Shown: positions 38,101 to 50,385 of the stretch, one piece after another
How the letters are laid out: each line of letters starts with the position of its first letter
How positions within the stretch are numbered: position 1 is the first letter of the stretch
Assembly (NCBI GenBank): GCA_021613535.1
Contig: CP075492.1
Span: 16,306,001-16,370,000 of the forward strand
DNA: 64,000 bases
Source: Adineta vaga
Taxonomy: Eukaryota > Animalia > Rotifera
Direction of reading: 5' to 3'
Program-made: the position numbers and the translations under genes
The notes under the pieces: model-generated
What the model saw: the letters and a program-made list of their open reading frames with translations, nothing else
Database searches by the model: none
Told to the model about the DNA's origin: nothing

Positions 38101-38884
38101 CGAAAACTACAATAGAGTACTCGAGGTTCAACTGAAATATCTTCCACCCACTCATCCTGACTTAGTCGCGAGTTACAAGAACATCGGCACTGTGTATCAT
38201 ATCACAGGAGACCATTTAAGAGCTCTTGAAAACTACAATAGAGTACTCGAGGTTCAACTGAGTTATCTTCCACCCACTCATCCCGATCTGGCCGCCAGTT
38301 ACCGAGATAAAGGTGTCGTGTATTCTGATATGGGCCATAAATTCAGAGCTCTCGAAAACTACAACAAGACACTGAAGATTCAACAGAAATCTCTTTCTCC
38401 CATTCATCCTGATTTAGCTAAAAGTTACATGCTCATCGGTTTGGTATACAAGAATTTAGGAGAACATTCAAAAGCGCTTGAAAACTACAAGAGGGCACTG
38501 GAGATACAAGAGAAATCTGTTCCGCCCATTCACCCTGACTTAGCTAATAGTTATCTGCTTATCGGTTGGGTTTACGATCATTTGGGCGAGTATCCAAGAG
38601 CCCTAGAAAACTACAAGAAAGCACTCGAGAGTCAAAAGAAATATTTGCCTTCTAATCATCCCGAGATAGCTAAAAGTTACAACAACATCGCTGCGGTGTA
38701 CTACGACTTGGGAGAATATTCAACAGCACTCGAAAACTACAACAAGGCTCTCGCGATTCGACAAAAATCTCTTCCTTCCAATCAACGCGACTTAGCCAAC
38801 ACTTACAGCAACATAGGTAACTCGTATCCAAAGTTAACAGATCACTCGAAAACTGATATGGGTGTTGGTGTGAATGATGAATAA
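35169..38884 (+). CDS. Array of ~28 42-aa TPR repeats (kinesin-light-chain/NPHP3-type)
   Basis: 126-bp periodic unit HPDLA.xYNNIG.VY..LGEHSRALENY.KAL.I.QKSLPS; splice acceptor TTCTTAG at 35162-35168. Confidence 0.95.
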
Positions 38885-40651
38885 AATAGGCTGTCATCTT
38901 GGTCACATAAGTCAGAAACGAATAACTGACTAAGTTGAATAGATTAGTTAACTTTTCATTAAGTAATAAATACACATATACTAAGGGTATGAATTTCACC
39001 AGCGATCAGTACGATAATCTTATACTCTTTTTAAATTAGCGGGAACACTTTTATACTGAATCATGATGTATATAATACGACTTTGTAAAATGAATACTCT
39101 TGAACAAATCCTCGTAGGTTGTTGTACACAAAAGGTGGTCATCTATCGCGTCTGGAAAGTGCAACTTCTTAGTACATACAAGAAAGCATTATTTTGAATA
39201 GTTTGATCAAAATTAACCTGTCGTTAGGCGTTGATTTGTAAGTTGCTATTATTATTCAATCATCGCATACGCTTATTGGTGGTATATTTTAATGATCTCT
39301 CCTTCTCTAGTTAAATCAAGTCTTTCTGGCCATTGTAGTCATTATAATCGAGATAAGTGCATATGCTGTCGATTCTACTAGAAACTTTGTTTTACAATCT
39401 GATCGATCAGCAATAATTTACTGGATGACGAAGTAAAAGAAGTTGAATTTATATTTGAACTGAATATAATTACAGGCGATCTTGAGCCAGGCTGAATTAA
39501 AACCATGAAATATCGCATACGGTTTTTTCTTACATTGTTTATCTTATTTGATAAGTTTGCTAGTTCGCGTCATAAGCGTTGCACTTTCCATCATACACAA
39601 AGTATTTATAAAAAATAAAGCGTGATGCTCTTTCATTTTCATAACATAATGATGAATCAGTTCGATTCTGATGTTAAAACGTTGATGACATTTGCTTTAT
39701 TATCAAATGCAAATCTAGTTGATGATCATTCACCCTATCATGGTCCATTATTAGATTAATGCAAACCATTTCGGATGGAGTCAGTAGCACTCGATGAATG
39801 GGATATCTCAAAAATCAAGTCTGATAACAAAGCAGAAGGTATTCTGCTTTGATATAACTCTGCAATGGAATGCGATAGGTACTTGAACTTTTTTGTTAGA
39901 AAAGAGGAAGGCCTGTAGTGCAAAAGTATATAAAAGAGCTTGCCTATGAAATAGCTTTTGAAGATAATAAAAGTTTGAGGGTGTAGGACGATGAAAGTGT
40001 TTTCCACAACTTCAATCGCTTTTTACACGAGAATATAATTGTTCGTTACAACTAAGGCTCTCATATAATATAAAAATAATTGGTATATCCGTATTATAGA
40101 AAATAGTTGTTCGATTTTAATTTTCAGTTATGAAATATGTAGAAAATATACTTTTCTGTACAGTAATAATGCATATGTCCTCACATGATAATATTCTGGT
40201 TATACGAATAAAAAGATAACCTGTTCAATTACACAGTCACTCTCACATTCAATTCAATCGATGAGTTATATCAAAACAAAACTATATTTATGGATCAATA
40301 GAGAAACGATTTAATAAATCTTGGTGTAAGTGTGAAATGAAGACTGTCTCGAACGCACACATTCACCCTTGAACTCGTCTTCCAATTATATGTTAAGATT
40401 TATCAAAAGTTTTATTGATTTCGTCATTTCACAACAGGCGCTTATGTGATGCAATATTCTTTCATATGGGTCTAACGCACTTTCGTGCCGTAAAGTACGG
40501 AACGTGTACTATTTGGCCTTGCATAGCATGCGGTATAGAAATGTCAACAAAGTGACGAGAGAAAAACAAAAATACACATTTGTTTTCAAAAAGTAAGTAA
40601 TAAAAGAAACGATCATGAGAATGAAAAATCATTTTTTAGATAGATCCAATA

Positions 40652-41823
40652 ATGTCGTTTCTATATACCGTGGTTGGATTTCTGAAAAAATTAGTCTTAT
40701 TTATTTTAATTGTTTCAATTGCTATTCCTCTGCGATATGGTTCAATAGATCCAAAATATCTTTTTATTCGTTTATTACACTCAACATTATCATTGAAATA
40801 CTCGATGATATCAGATCAAGCTCGACCAACACTTAGTGCAAATTATCGAGCTTTCGAGAATATGTTGCGAATGATGCCATTTCCAAAACTTGATCCATCA
40901 GCAGATCCACTTACTGTAATCAAAGAAATGCGTTCCTCTTTCGACATGAATTCGATAACTCCAAAACCATCTCAATGTCAAATCGATAAAGAAGTATTTG
41001 AATACGACGAACATGTAGTTGATGCATATTGGGTTAATTATCCTCCAAAAAACATTCAAAGACATTCTGATAAAATATTACTCTACTTTCATGGTGGAGG
41101 ATATTTTTTGGGTAATATTAATAGTGAGAAGTGATTAACTAATGTATGGCAAAATCTAAGGAATTGTTTTCTGCTCTAATAGGCTATAGTGGATATGAAT
41201 GTCATCTCTCTGAACTTTTTAACGTAACTATACTTCATTTGGAATATCGACTTTGTCCTGAACACTCATTACCTGCAGCTGTTGATGATGCAGTTGCACT
41301 TTATCGTGCTCTTCTTCGTCAGAACATTTCCTCATCTCAACTGATGATAATGGGCGAGTCGGCTGGTGGTGGTCTTGTTTTATTATCTTTACAAGCTCTA
41401 CTCGCTCACCAATTACCTGTTCCTCGTGGTGTTATTGTTCTATCACCATTCACTGATCTTTCAATGTCTGGTGAGAGTTATATACGTAATCAGCATACTG
41501 ATATATCACCTCAGTTTGATAAGAATTGGTATGTAGCACTTTTATTGGGTTCCAATCATACTCAATTGTCTCTTGATGATTCTCGGTTTAGTCCTTTGTT
41601 TGGTTCATTCAAAGGATTTCCACCAATGTATATCAATGTGGGAACGGCAGAAAAAATGGAAGATGATTCAAGACGAGTGTGGAAGAAAGCTATAGACGTC
41701 GATGTTGATGTAACATTTGAAGAAGGTTTACATATGACACATATATATCCTGCATTTTTTCTTTATTATTCGGAAGCACGAAATACACTTGATAATATTA
41801 ACAAATGGATACAGAAAATTTAA
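40652..41823 (+). CDS. Alpha/beta hydrolase, HSL (Abhydrolase_3) family, 2 exons
   Basis: YFHGGGY oxyanion motif, EYRLCPEH, GESAGG nucleophile elbow; intron 41124-41182; N-terminal hydrophobic anchor. Confidence 0.92.
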
Positions 41824-41929
41824 CAAAAAACGAAATAATCATTAGTATACTTCATTTATCTTTGGTTTCGATTGACAATAGTATATTGTATTATATTATC
41901 TTTTTTTTCTCTTAAATATATGTTACTAC

Positions 41930-44215
41930 GTAGGTCGAGGAGGTGTTGAGATTATAAAACTTTGCCATTCGTATCAGACCAAAAATAAGACATGTGTTGC
42001 TTATAAATAAGATTTTCTATTATAAAAAGAATGAAAAACATGTCACTAAGCTGATTTTTATCATCGGTAACTGTATAATTAATCGCGTCATGAGAATGGG
42101 TGCCAATCAGAAGCTCTTTCGTGTTTTGTATACTCAGTAAAAAAACTGGTTGAAGCAAAGAATACGATGACAATGGCTGCAGCAAATGAAAGAGTAGTCA
42201 TCGCATGCTACCATAGAACAGAAATCTTCGTCTAAAGAAAAACACACATCATGGACACTATCAAAATGACCAGGATCTTTTGACGTATAGCCACTCGAAT
42301 ACCAAGAATATTTGATCAAAGGCGAGAATGTTTTAGCTGATAGTTGGTTATGTATCAAAGAATGCATTTTTAAAATGCAGTTTCTAGAACAGATGTCAAT
42401 GTTTATTTGATCAATGGCCGCGCGATCATAAATTTTTTGTTTGAAATATTTCCATTGTCGAAAAAAATAACGATCCAACGGTTGAATATCACCGGTTGTT
42501 TTTGGTGGAATTTGCATTTGCTTACAAGTGATATTTTCAACGAAAATATCATCATAAATGCTGGAATCAGTCTGACCTGACCAGGAGTCCAGCAGCAGTA
42601 AACAATCTTCAGAAACCGATGGACTTAGAACATTTTCAGCCCAGTACTGAATATGTGTTTTACTCAGTTTTCCGCTCTTACTGCAGGAGACATGAATATT
42701 ACTCGCTTGATAGATTGATTGTTTAATACGCGGTCCAAGTTTTCCTGTAGGCTCTTGTAAACATATAAAAACCGGATCAATTAATTCTCCAGCCATACTA
42801 ATGATCGGCATAATTGTGTATGAATGAGTAACAGCATTCGTTGACTTGACGCGGCCTCTTATTATTTTTTCACCGGTTGTTGCCAGAGTCCGTGTTGATG
42901 GATTATCATAACTGAAAGATCAAAAGCGCTATTTTCTATTTAATTTCCTTCCATTCGTAAACAACGTACTTGAAACTGCTTTGATCGCTATTCAATATAT
43001 GATTTTCAGCATAATTCGAAATGGTATTTCTTACTGTTTGGACAAAATTTTCGGCGGATTTCAATATTTTATCTCGATCTTCCAAATGATTTTTGGTTAC
43101 CAGCTTTGTTACTTTTTTTGATGAAATGTGATGGCGATGTTTAAAGTTAAATATCCAATGATGAGATGCTGTAAAACCAACGATATTTAAATCATGCGCT
43201 TTTTTAATAGCCAGCGCCTTAAATCTGAATCGTGTATTAGTAGACAACATTGTCGAGAACGAATAAATTCCGCATAAACAAAGTCATCGACGCGTTGAAG
43301 TTTTTGTGTTTTTGTACCTTGAACATTAACGTATTGCGTGATGCGGCGTAATTGTTCTTTATGTTTTATTTGTTTATATCGTCTACGTATTGAATGAAAA
43401 GTATGGTTTTCTGAATATTCTACAATGGCACACATTGTATCATAAGAATATCTAATACCATCGACGTTTGAAGCAACATCATTTTTATCTTCTTCTTGAT
43501 AATCAGCACTGCAATCGTTATATTCAGCAAAATCCAATGTTACAATATGGTCGACTAGGAGTTCTGCTGAATTTAATAGTTGATTAAACAACAGAAACAG
43601 CTGGTCCGCCAACTCATGATCTTTGGATGATGGTTCACTTTGAACGAGTTCTGGATATTTTTGACGCACCAGATTGTTAAACATGTAAAGAATATTGTTA
43701 ACCTTAATCATATTTGCGTTGGAAACACGATAATGTATCACGTTAGAGATTGTAAAGGTTATCGCATGTTTTATTTAAACCAAAAGCAGTCTATTTATAG
43801 GGCGAAAGGACGAACGAACGAATATATAAATACAAAAGAGATGGATATCATGAGAACGAAGAAATAGTGATAACAGAGGCCTAGAGAAGAAAGCTTGAAT
43901 ATACAGAGATACAGAATATATATAGTTAGTATACGAGATCTATGGTGATGTAGTGAAAACACAGAGAACAGATAAATCGAACGGGATATAATAATACCTA
44001 GCGAAAAAATAAACTAGAACTTTTAAAAACTCTAAAGAAAAAATCTATGTGGCAAGGTATATGTGTCAATTTCTTGGAAAATGTTTTGGCTATAATTTTT
44101 TATTGCAGCAGCCGTAGCCGCTAATTGTTTCATACCTGAGATAGGTATACTTGACTTAACAAACCCACATTATTTTCATTGAAATCCCAGGGACACACCT
44201 GGGGACCTTCCCTTG
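41930..44215 (-). mobile_element. Tc4/Tc5-like (pogo-related) DNA transposon, defective; left end approximate
   Basis: Terminus CAAGGGAAGGTCC read inward from 44215, flanked by TAA. Internal transposase. No matching left TIR found. Confidence 0.8.
42134..43741 (-). pseudogene. DD37D transposase with CENP-B-type HTH and Tc5-type C-terminal Cys domain
   Basis: FTASHHWIFNFK HTH; SDQ, LLDSW and QPLD aspartates (37-aa spacing); C..C..FICC.HC...LCF tail. Frameshift at ~43210; intron 42912-42969. Confidence 0.88.
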
Positions 44216-44660
44216 TAAGACAGGAACTTATAATACGGAGGAGGAAGTTAATGAAAGACTTGATCTTTTCAAAGAAACTATTTTGAAGGGTTAATTGTTT
44301 GCTTATGTTCATACTTTACTGATTAGCTCAGACATGAAGTTCAAATAAAAATGATTCTTTTCAACAAAACTTGACTGAACGGTGTGCTGAGTGAAGGAGC
44401 GCAAAACCTAAATTAATCTATGAAAATTACATAAAGTAATGTCTTACTCAGATTTTACAAACGGTTCCTATGAAAAAGAATTAAGCAAGTCCTGATGCGA
44501 TTGCTACCTGTATTATACTCAAAGAAAACGTTAGTCAATCAGAGATAGGGTTTTAGAGTATATATTAGAATTCATTGAACTCATTCATTAAACCGAAATC
44601 AATCTATCATTCTTGTAAAAGGAAGTTAAGTATATTTGATGACATCCAGCTACTTACATT

Positions 44661-45340
44661 CAGGCCTGCCATCTGTACTCCAATTGGGGGGGGGGGGGGT
44701 ATAGTACCTCATTTCGACCCTTTTCACTTTAAACTACTTATGACTTCTTTGTTAACAGAATTCAGGATAATTACTTCTACGTGGACAGCAAAAGTACTTT
44801 TTCTGAGCACATTCAGAACAGTGCATAAGTTTCCGAACAGTTTTTGAGCGAGTTCTCGTTTAAGAAAATGATTTGAATACTGAAAAGTTTATTAAATTTC
44901 CCATATAACACCTTTCTGTATAAAAATCGATTGAGAATGACAAAATTTTGATAAATTTTCGATCACTACAAAAGCTACTCCAGCTCTCGTGTGAAATTCT
45001 TTCATCATATCTCCAAATCTCGACTGTCTTGAATTCTATGGCGTATAACAAGATTTACGCTACTTAGTCTACATAGCCCATATCATTTTCAACAATATTT
45101 GCATTTTATCTATTGAAGAAATCTTTTTCGAAAAACGTTTTACTTCTGAACTAGTAATTTGCGAAAGGAGAACAGTGTAGATCATTTTTGTATAACGAAA
45201 AGCAAATATGAAGTTGTACATCAAAGGAGACGTTTTTTGCAATAATATTTTACAGTATCGGCTTTGATTTTGAGAAAAATCCATGTACCGCATCGAAAAT
45301 TTTCGTACCCCATTTCGGACCTCATGAGATGGCAGCCCCG
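44661..45340. mobile_element. hAT-like non-autonomous element without TSD
   Basis: CAGGCCTGCCATCT / AGATGGCAGCCCCG TIR (12 of 14 match); GTACC subterminal motifs; G14 tract at 44686-44699; flanks do not match. Confidence 0.7.
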
Positions 45341-46420
45341 GGTGTCACACACCATTTCGGAAAAATGTTACCTGTTACCATTTGGCAACACTCGACCAAA
45401 AAGGTTAAGTAAAGTTTTGTGCTGTACCCCCTCTCTGTCTTCGACACCTCGGTACGCTTCTGTTCTTTACGAATCGTAAACTCTGGTGATATAAGCCTCT
45501 ATTTTCTCGATATAAATCCACAAAAGTATTTCGAAAATGTGTACATGAAGGATTTTAAAACACTACTTGGTTAGTTACAAGATGACGGTGAGTCGGTGAT
45601 GGTGATACCGGTGGTTACTGTCACTGTTGCATGCCTAAACGCAATAAAGCTCAACACAACAAAACACATTTTATATTTGAACTCGAATTAGGAACATTAC
45701 TTTTTTCGACAGGTGAAGTTGTCAGTCTAGTTGTATTCCTCTGCTCTTGACACTAATAAAGATAATATGATAATGTTCTTGCATAGGTAATGATGTTAAC
45801 CGTCAGAATTTTATGAAAAAAAAGATTAATAATTTCACAGTGAAAACGAATATTTGAGACAAATGCACTCATTTCTCATCGATTTCGTCCTATTATTACT
45901 TTAGCTTCGAAGCAATATCTACTCTCAGACTAAATATGTTCATTTATAATTTATATTTTCATGCATTATATTAATTTTTAAAAATCTTACGCATATAAGG
46001 AAATGTTCATAACACTAGAGAGTACTGATAAACATGTCTATTGTCATCAAAATCTCGTCATTTTTCATAACATAGGTATTTTTTGCTCTATTAAACATTT
46101 ATGTGGTCAGTTATTACAGAAAGAAATCTTTCTTTATGATTTATTTTATTTTTATTTTGTAAACATAAGAATTGCAGGAACATTTTATTAAGAAAAAGTG
46201 GATTAACCTCATTGCATTCCCATTGGCTTTTCATATATGTCTGTCTGAAAGAATCTTTCAGCATGTTAATATCCTGGCAACACGGGTAATCTTTCTTGCT
46301 TCCACACAGAGACGATTCCTGACTTTTCACATGAAAAAGATTTTAAAAAGGACACATAGTGTTGTCAAAAGTGGCATAAACGACTTGCAATAGTATACTA
46401 AACACACGGTTACAACTCCA

Positions 46421-47404
46421 ATGGCCAGTTCATCTGCAGAACTACTTTTTCAAGTGACAAAAGTAATCTTACCTATGATTATTGTCTGTAGTGTAGTCGG
46501 CAATTCATTCAACATTGCTGTGCTAACCCGACACACTTTGTTTAAGCATCCATGTTCTTATTATCTTCTCGCCTGTTCCATTGACAATATATTCTATATG
46601 GGTTTCATTGTGTTGTATCAATTTTGGATTCAAATTTATTTAGTTGATCTTACTCAAAATTCTATTGTTTTGTGTAAACTTCTCAATTTCATCAGTACAT
46701 TAAGTACAACCATGTCTCCATATTTTATTGTACTAGCTTCAATCGATCGATATTTTAATAGTTCAAATATCGCCTGGAAAAGAAGGCTCAGTACTTTACG
46801 CGTAGCTCGATGGATGATAGGCTTTGTCAGTGCATTCAGTTTGATATTGGTCTTGAATACTCTGGCATTAAATACTATCTACAAACATGAAACACTGGGA
46901 TGTATACTTTTACCTACTTCAATATACAATTTGGTGTCTACCATAATGATTAGTGTTAGTTATTCACTTGTTGCACCTTGTTTGATGGTAATTTTTGGTA
47001 TTCTTATTATTTGGAATGTAAACCAAGCTCGTGTTATTCCTATCGCAGTTTCGCAGTATCGTCGCAATGGAATGCAATTGGCTCGGATGCTTCTAATGCA
47101 AATCGCCGCATACATTATTTGCAATTCAATTGGAAGTGTTCTTTATGTAATGTCATTTATTCTACCATCGATAGTAACCACCTTCGAGTATCAAATGGCA
47201 ACAAAAATCAGTTATCTTATGTACTATATTTCTTTTGCCACGCCATTTTTCTTACACATTCTTTCGGCTCAAGTGTATAGGAAGGAGTTCATCAAGCTTA
47301 TGCGTAAAGCATTTCGACGTGGTGATATAATTCAAGTTCAGCACATAACAGTTCAACGGACTATTCCTATGCTTGATCAAGTAGTTACAATACCAGGGGA
47401 ATAA
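46421..47404 (+). CDS. Class A GPCR, paralogue of 3143..4126
   Basis: Near-identical protein with the same motifs. Confidence 0.9.
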   Translation: MASSSAELLFQVTKVILPMIIVCSVVGNSFNIAVLTRHTLFKHPCSYYLLACSIDNIFYMGFIVLYQFWIQIYLVDLTQNSIVLCKLLNFISTLSTTMSPYFIVLASIDRYFNSSNIAWKRRLSTLRVARWMIGFVSAFSLILVLNTLALNTIYKHETLGCILLPTSIYNLVSTIMISVSYSLVAPCLMVIFGILIIWNVNQARVIPIAVSQYRRNGMQLARMLLMQIAAYIICNSIGSVLYVMSFILPSIVTTFEYQMATKISYLMYYISFATPFFLHILSAQVYRKEFIKLMRKAFRRGDIIQVQHITVQRTIPMLDQVVTIPGE

Positions 47405-47749
47405 AGAACAATTGCTTGCAACTTTTTTTTCATCATAAGTGGAGTTTCATCTGTTAGCGTCAACGGTTATTACTTTATGACGCTATCTTGCACACACGCA
47501 CATATATATATATGTGTGTGTGTTTCCTTCTTTCTCTACATTCCTTCCTGTGAAATGTAGTCTTCTCTTGATCATCATATCCTCATGATGATCTTCTTTT
47601 GTTGTGTCTTTTTTCCTCGTGCAATTATTTTCATTCCAGTTGTCTGTTTCTGATTTTGTCCTTGTTTACCTTCAATAAATGTAGTCGACATCATTATTTA
47701 TTTCTCACACTTTATTATTGTGAGAGGGTATGATTGTACGTGAGGCTAT

Positions 47750-48973
47750 CCCAGGTGCTTCAATCCGACCGGTGGATCAGACGGGAAACGATCGAAACCG
47801 ACATCGGATTGTGTCGGAATTCATTGGAAACCTATGAAAACCCGACCACCATTCCCCAGTTCCTGTCGGACGCATTAATATATCACCCTGGCTTTCGAAT
47901 ATTATACCGGATTCTAGTCCAACGACACTGTATTCCGTTTACAATTACACTGGATTTCATCTCGATTACCCCGAAATCCACCCCGATTACCATGGATTAC
48001 GCTAAACAACACCTAGTTTTGTATCGACGGCTAATGTAAGCTGAATAAAATATCAATCGCCGTAATTCGATGATTATTCTTGAATTATAACAATGAAAAG
48101 TTCATACCTCTATATTCACGGGTCGCTGAGATTCGGATGATGACCTTGCGGATAGATGATAGATGTTTTCTAGAAAGAATGGTAGACAATTAAAATGATT
48201 GTTTTTTCTAAATGGTTTCTTCGTTAAAAGTGGGATTTGGTGAAATTGACTTTTTATAGGAATTTATTTTGAAACATGCTTCTAAAAGTTTTCACGACGG
48301 TTGCTCTGAAAGATCAGATATGGGATGCTGGATGTGTTTTATTGACAGATGTAATATTGTGTGGTAGGGTTAGCGAGCTGAAAATAAAGGTGTTTTCAAA
48401 ATTATTACATATATGGTATGATGGTAACGTGAATTGTAGTTGAATGCATTTCATGATGAAAGTATGAAGCAATATTTATATTTCAGATTAGTATAATTTG
48501 ATAAAATTTTTATTCAAGTCGATACAAATAATTATTTTCTTTGTTTATTAAACAATTCTTTTTTGTTAAGGTAGGCTTCATTTATTTGCACGTTTTTCTT
48601 AGAGTCTGTATTATTAATATATTCGACGGCCTTTGTATCGGTGAAACTTTGATTTTTCTGCATGGTACTTAATTTTTAGTTTTACAAATTTTGTAATTTT
48701 TTTTCAGTAGTTTGTAATGGTATTTATTGTTACAGTGAAAATTTTTTGTTAAAATTTCTAATTTTTCGATATTGAAAAATAGTTTTTTTTTATGCAATAA
48801 GGAATTTATTTTGAAAATAAAAGGTAAATAATATTAATAAAGTGAATAAAAACTAGTTATAGCAACCTGTAGAAACTCAAAGGTTCCTGTCGGTTCCTGA
48901 AGGAAATCATTGGGTTTAGTCAGGTTTCCGACAGGTTCCGACGAGATCCGGAACCCGGATTACTCATCCTGGG
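47750..48973. mobile_element. Second copy of the CCCAGG-terminal MITE
   Basis: Same termini and body as 4476-5697. Confidence 0.65.
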
Positions 48974-49455
48974 TAAATATGTTTTTATCGATTATTAATG
49001 AAAGTTTTCGTCAAGCAAAAGAAACAAAAATTCAAGATGAACATATTTTCTCATTTATGTACAAGAAATTTACAAGATGGACAGGTGAAAGTTTATGCAT
49101 TGGAATTTTAATTATTATAATCTGTTTATTTTAGGTTTAAAAACTTTAAATAAAACAGAAATTCAAGAAGAAAAAGATTCTCGAATGCGTTCACAATGTT
49201 TTCATCCAATTGAAAATTTTCCTGATAAAAATTATCAACTATTAGAAGCAATTGATAAAGTATACTGATTATATATTACCTCTTTTCTTTTCAAATTGTT
49301 TTTTCTCTTCTAGATTTATGTCAATCAAAAAATGGAATTATTAAAATTGAAAAAAGTTGGAATTCAATTCTTTTCGTTCACGAATCATCATGATAAACTA
49401 TATATTTATATATTTAAGGGTGTGTGTGTGTGTGTGCGTTTCAAGTGCGACAGTT

Positions 49456-50385
49456 TTATTTTATTTCTTGTGATTTTCGTTGAAAAGTATTACGAATCTT
49501 AATAACCGGTCTGACATGGGACGATCGATTGAATAATGCTTTCAGATAAGGAGAAGTAACGATCTGAATAGTAGTGACTGATACAAGTGCAAAAATAGTC
49601 ATCATCCATTCGAATGGAACTGTCCACCATGGCATATATCCTGTCAAAGCATAAACTATAGGAATGAGACCATGTGGTGCAGCTACCGTAGTTACAAATG
49701 TTAGAAGAATAACCAGACGTGTCATTATAGTCATATCACGACGAATTCTAATCCGTTGATTAACACTAATGACCATGCCGCCTCGTTTTCGAATATGATA
49801 CATTGTCCAAATGTATAGGAATATAGTGGCAATAAAAGGAACGAGAAAAGCAACTGAACATATGAATAACGAACCAGAGATATTCGTTGGTGCAAATTGA
49901 CAAACATAATCATTCTTTAAATATTCAATTTCACCGATAATTAGACTTGGAAATACTTGAATAAAAGTTATAAATGTATGAATAATTGATAATAGAATAT
50001 ATAAACGAAAAGATTGAAATTTAATCTTTGTCGGATAAACTATGCGACTAAATCGATATGTAGCTTGAAGTAAAACTGTATAAAAATACATGCCTGCTTT
50101 TGAATAAATAAGGTAAGCTTTTATACGACACCACCATCCATCAAATGATACTTGAGGATACAAATATCCATATATAGAATAAATACATTTATCCATAAAT
50201 AGAGGATAACTAATCAAAAGACATATGTATAAATGAGCAAAAAGTAAGTAATCTATATGTTCGGTTTTGATAATTGATCGACGGAAAATCATCATGAATA
50301 GAATAAAAATCATCATACATTCACCAAGTATTGCACAGAAAAGACCGAATGAGGAGAAACTAATTTTGACTATTTGTACCAACAT
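49456..50385 (-). CDS. 7TM receptor, paralogue of 7015..7944
   Basis: Near-identical protein. Confidence 0.85.
   Translation of the reverse strand: MLVQIVKISFSSFGLFCAILGECMMIFILFMMIFRRSIIKTEHIDYLLFAHLYICLLISYPLFMDKCIYSIYGYLYPQVSFDGWWCRIKAYLIYSKAGMYFYTVLLQATYRFSRIVYPTKIKFQSFRLYILLSIIHTFITFIQVFPSLIIGEIEYLKNDYVCQFAPTNISGSLFICSVAFLVPFIATIFLYIWTMYHIRKRGGMVISVNQRIRIRRDMTIMTRLVILLTFVTTVAAPHGLIPIVYALTGYMPWWTVPFEWMMTIFALVSVTTIQIVTSPYLKALFNRSSHVRPVIKIRNTFQRKSQEIK

Noticed and set aside
35637-38999. Minus-strand ORFs of up to 197 aa
   Set aside because: Antisense shadows of the periodic TPR coding sequence.
39505-39760. Possible small secreted peptide gene
   Set aside because: The plausible splice leads to an immediate stop.
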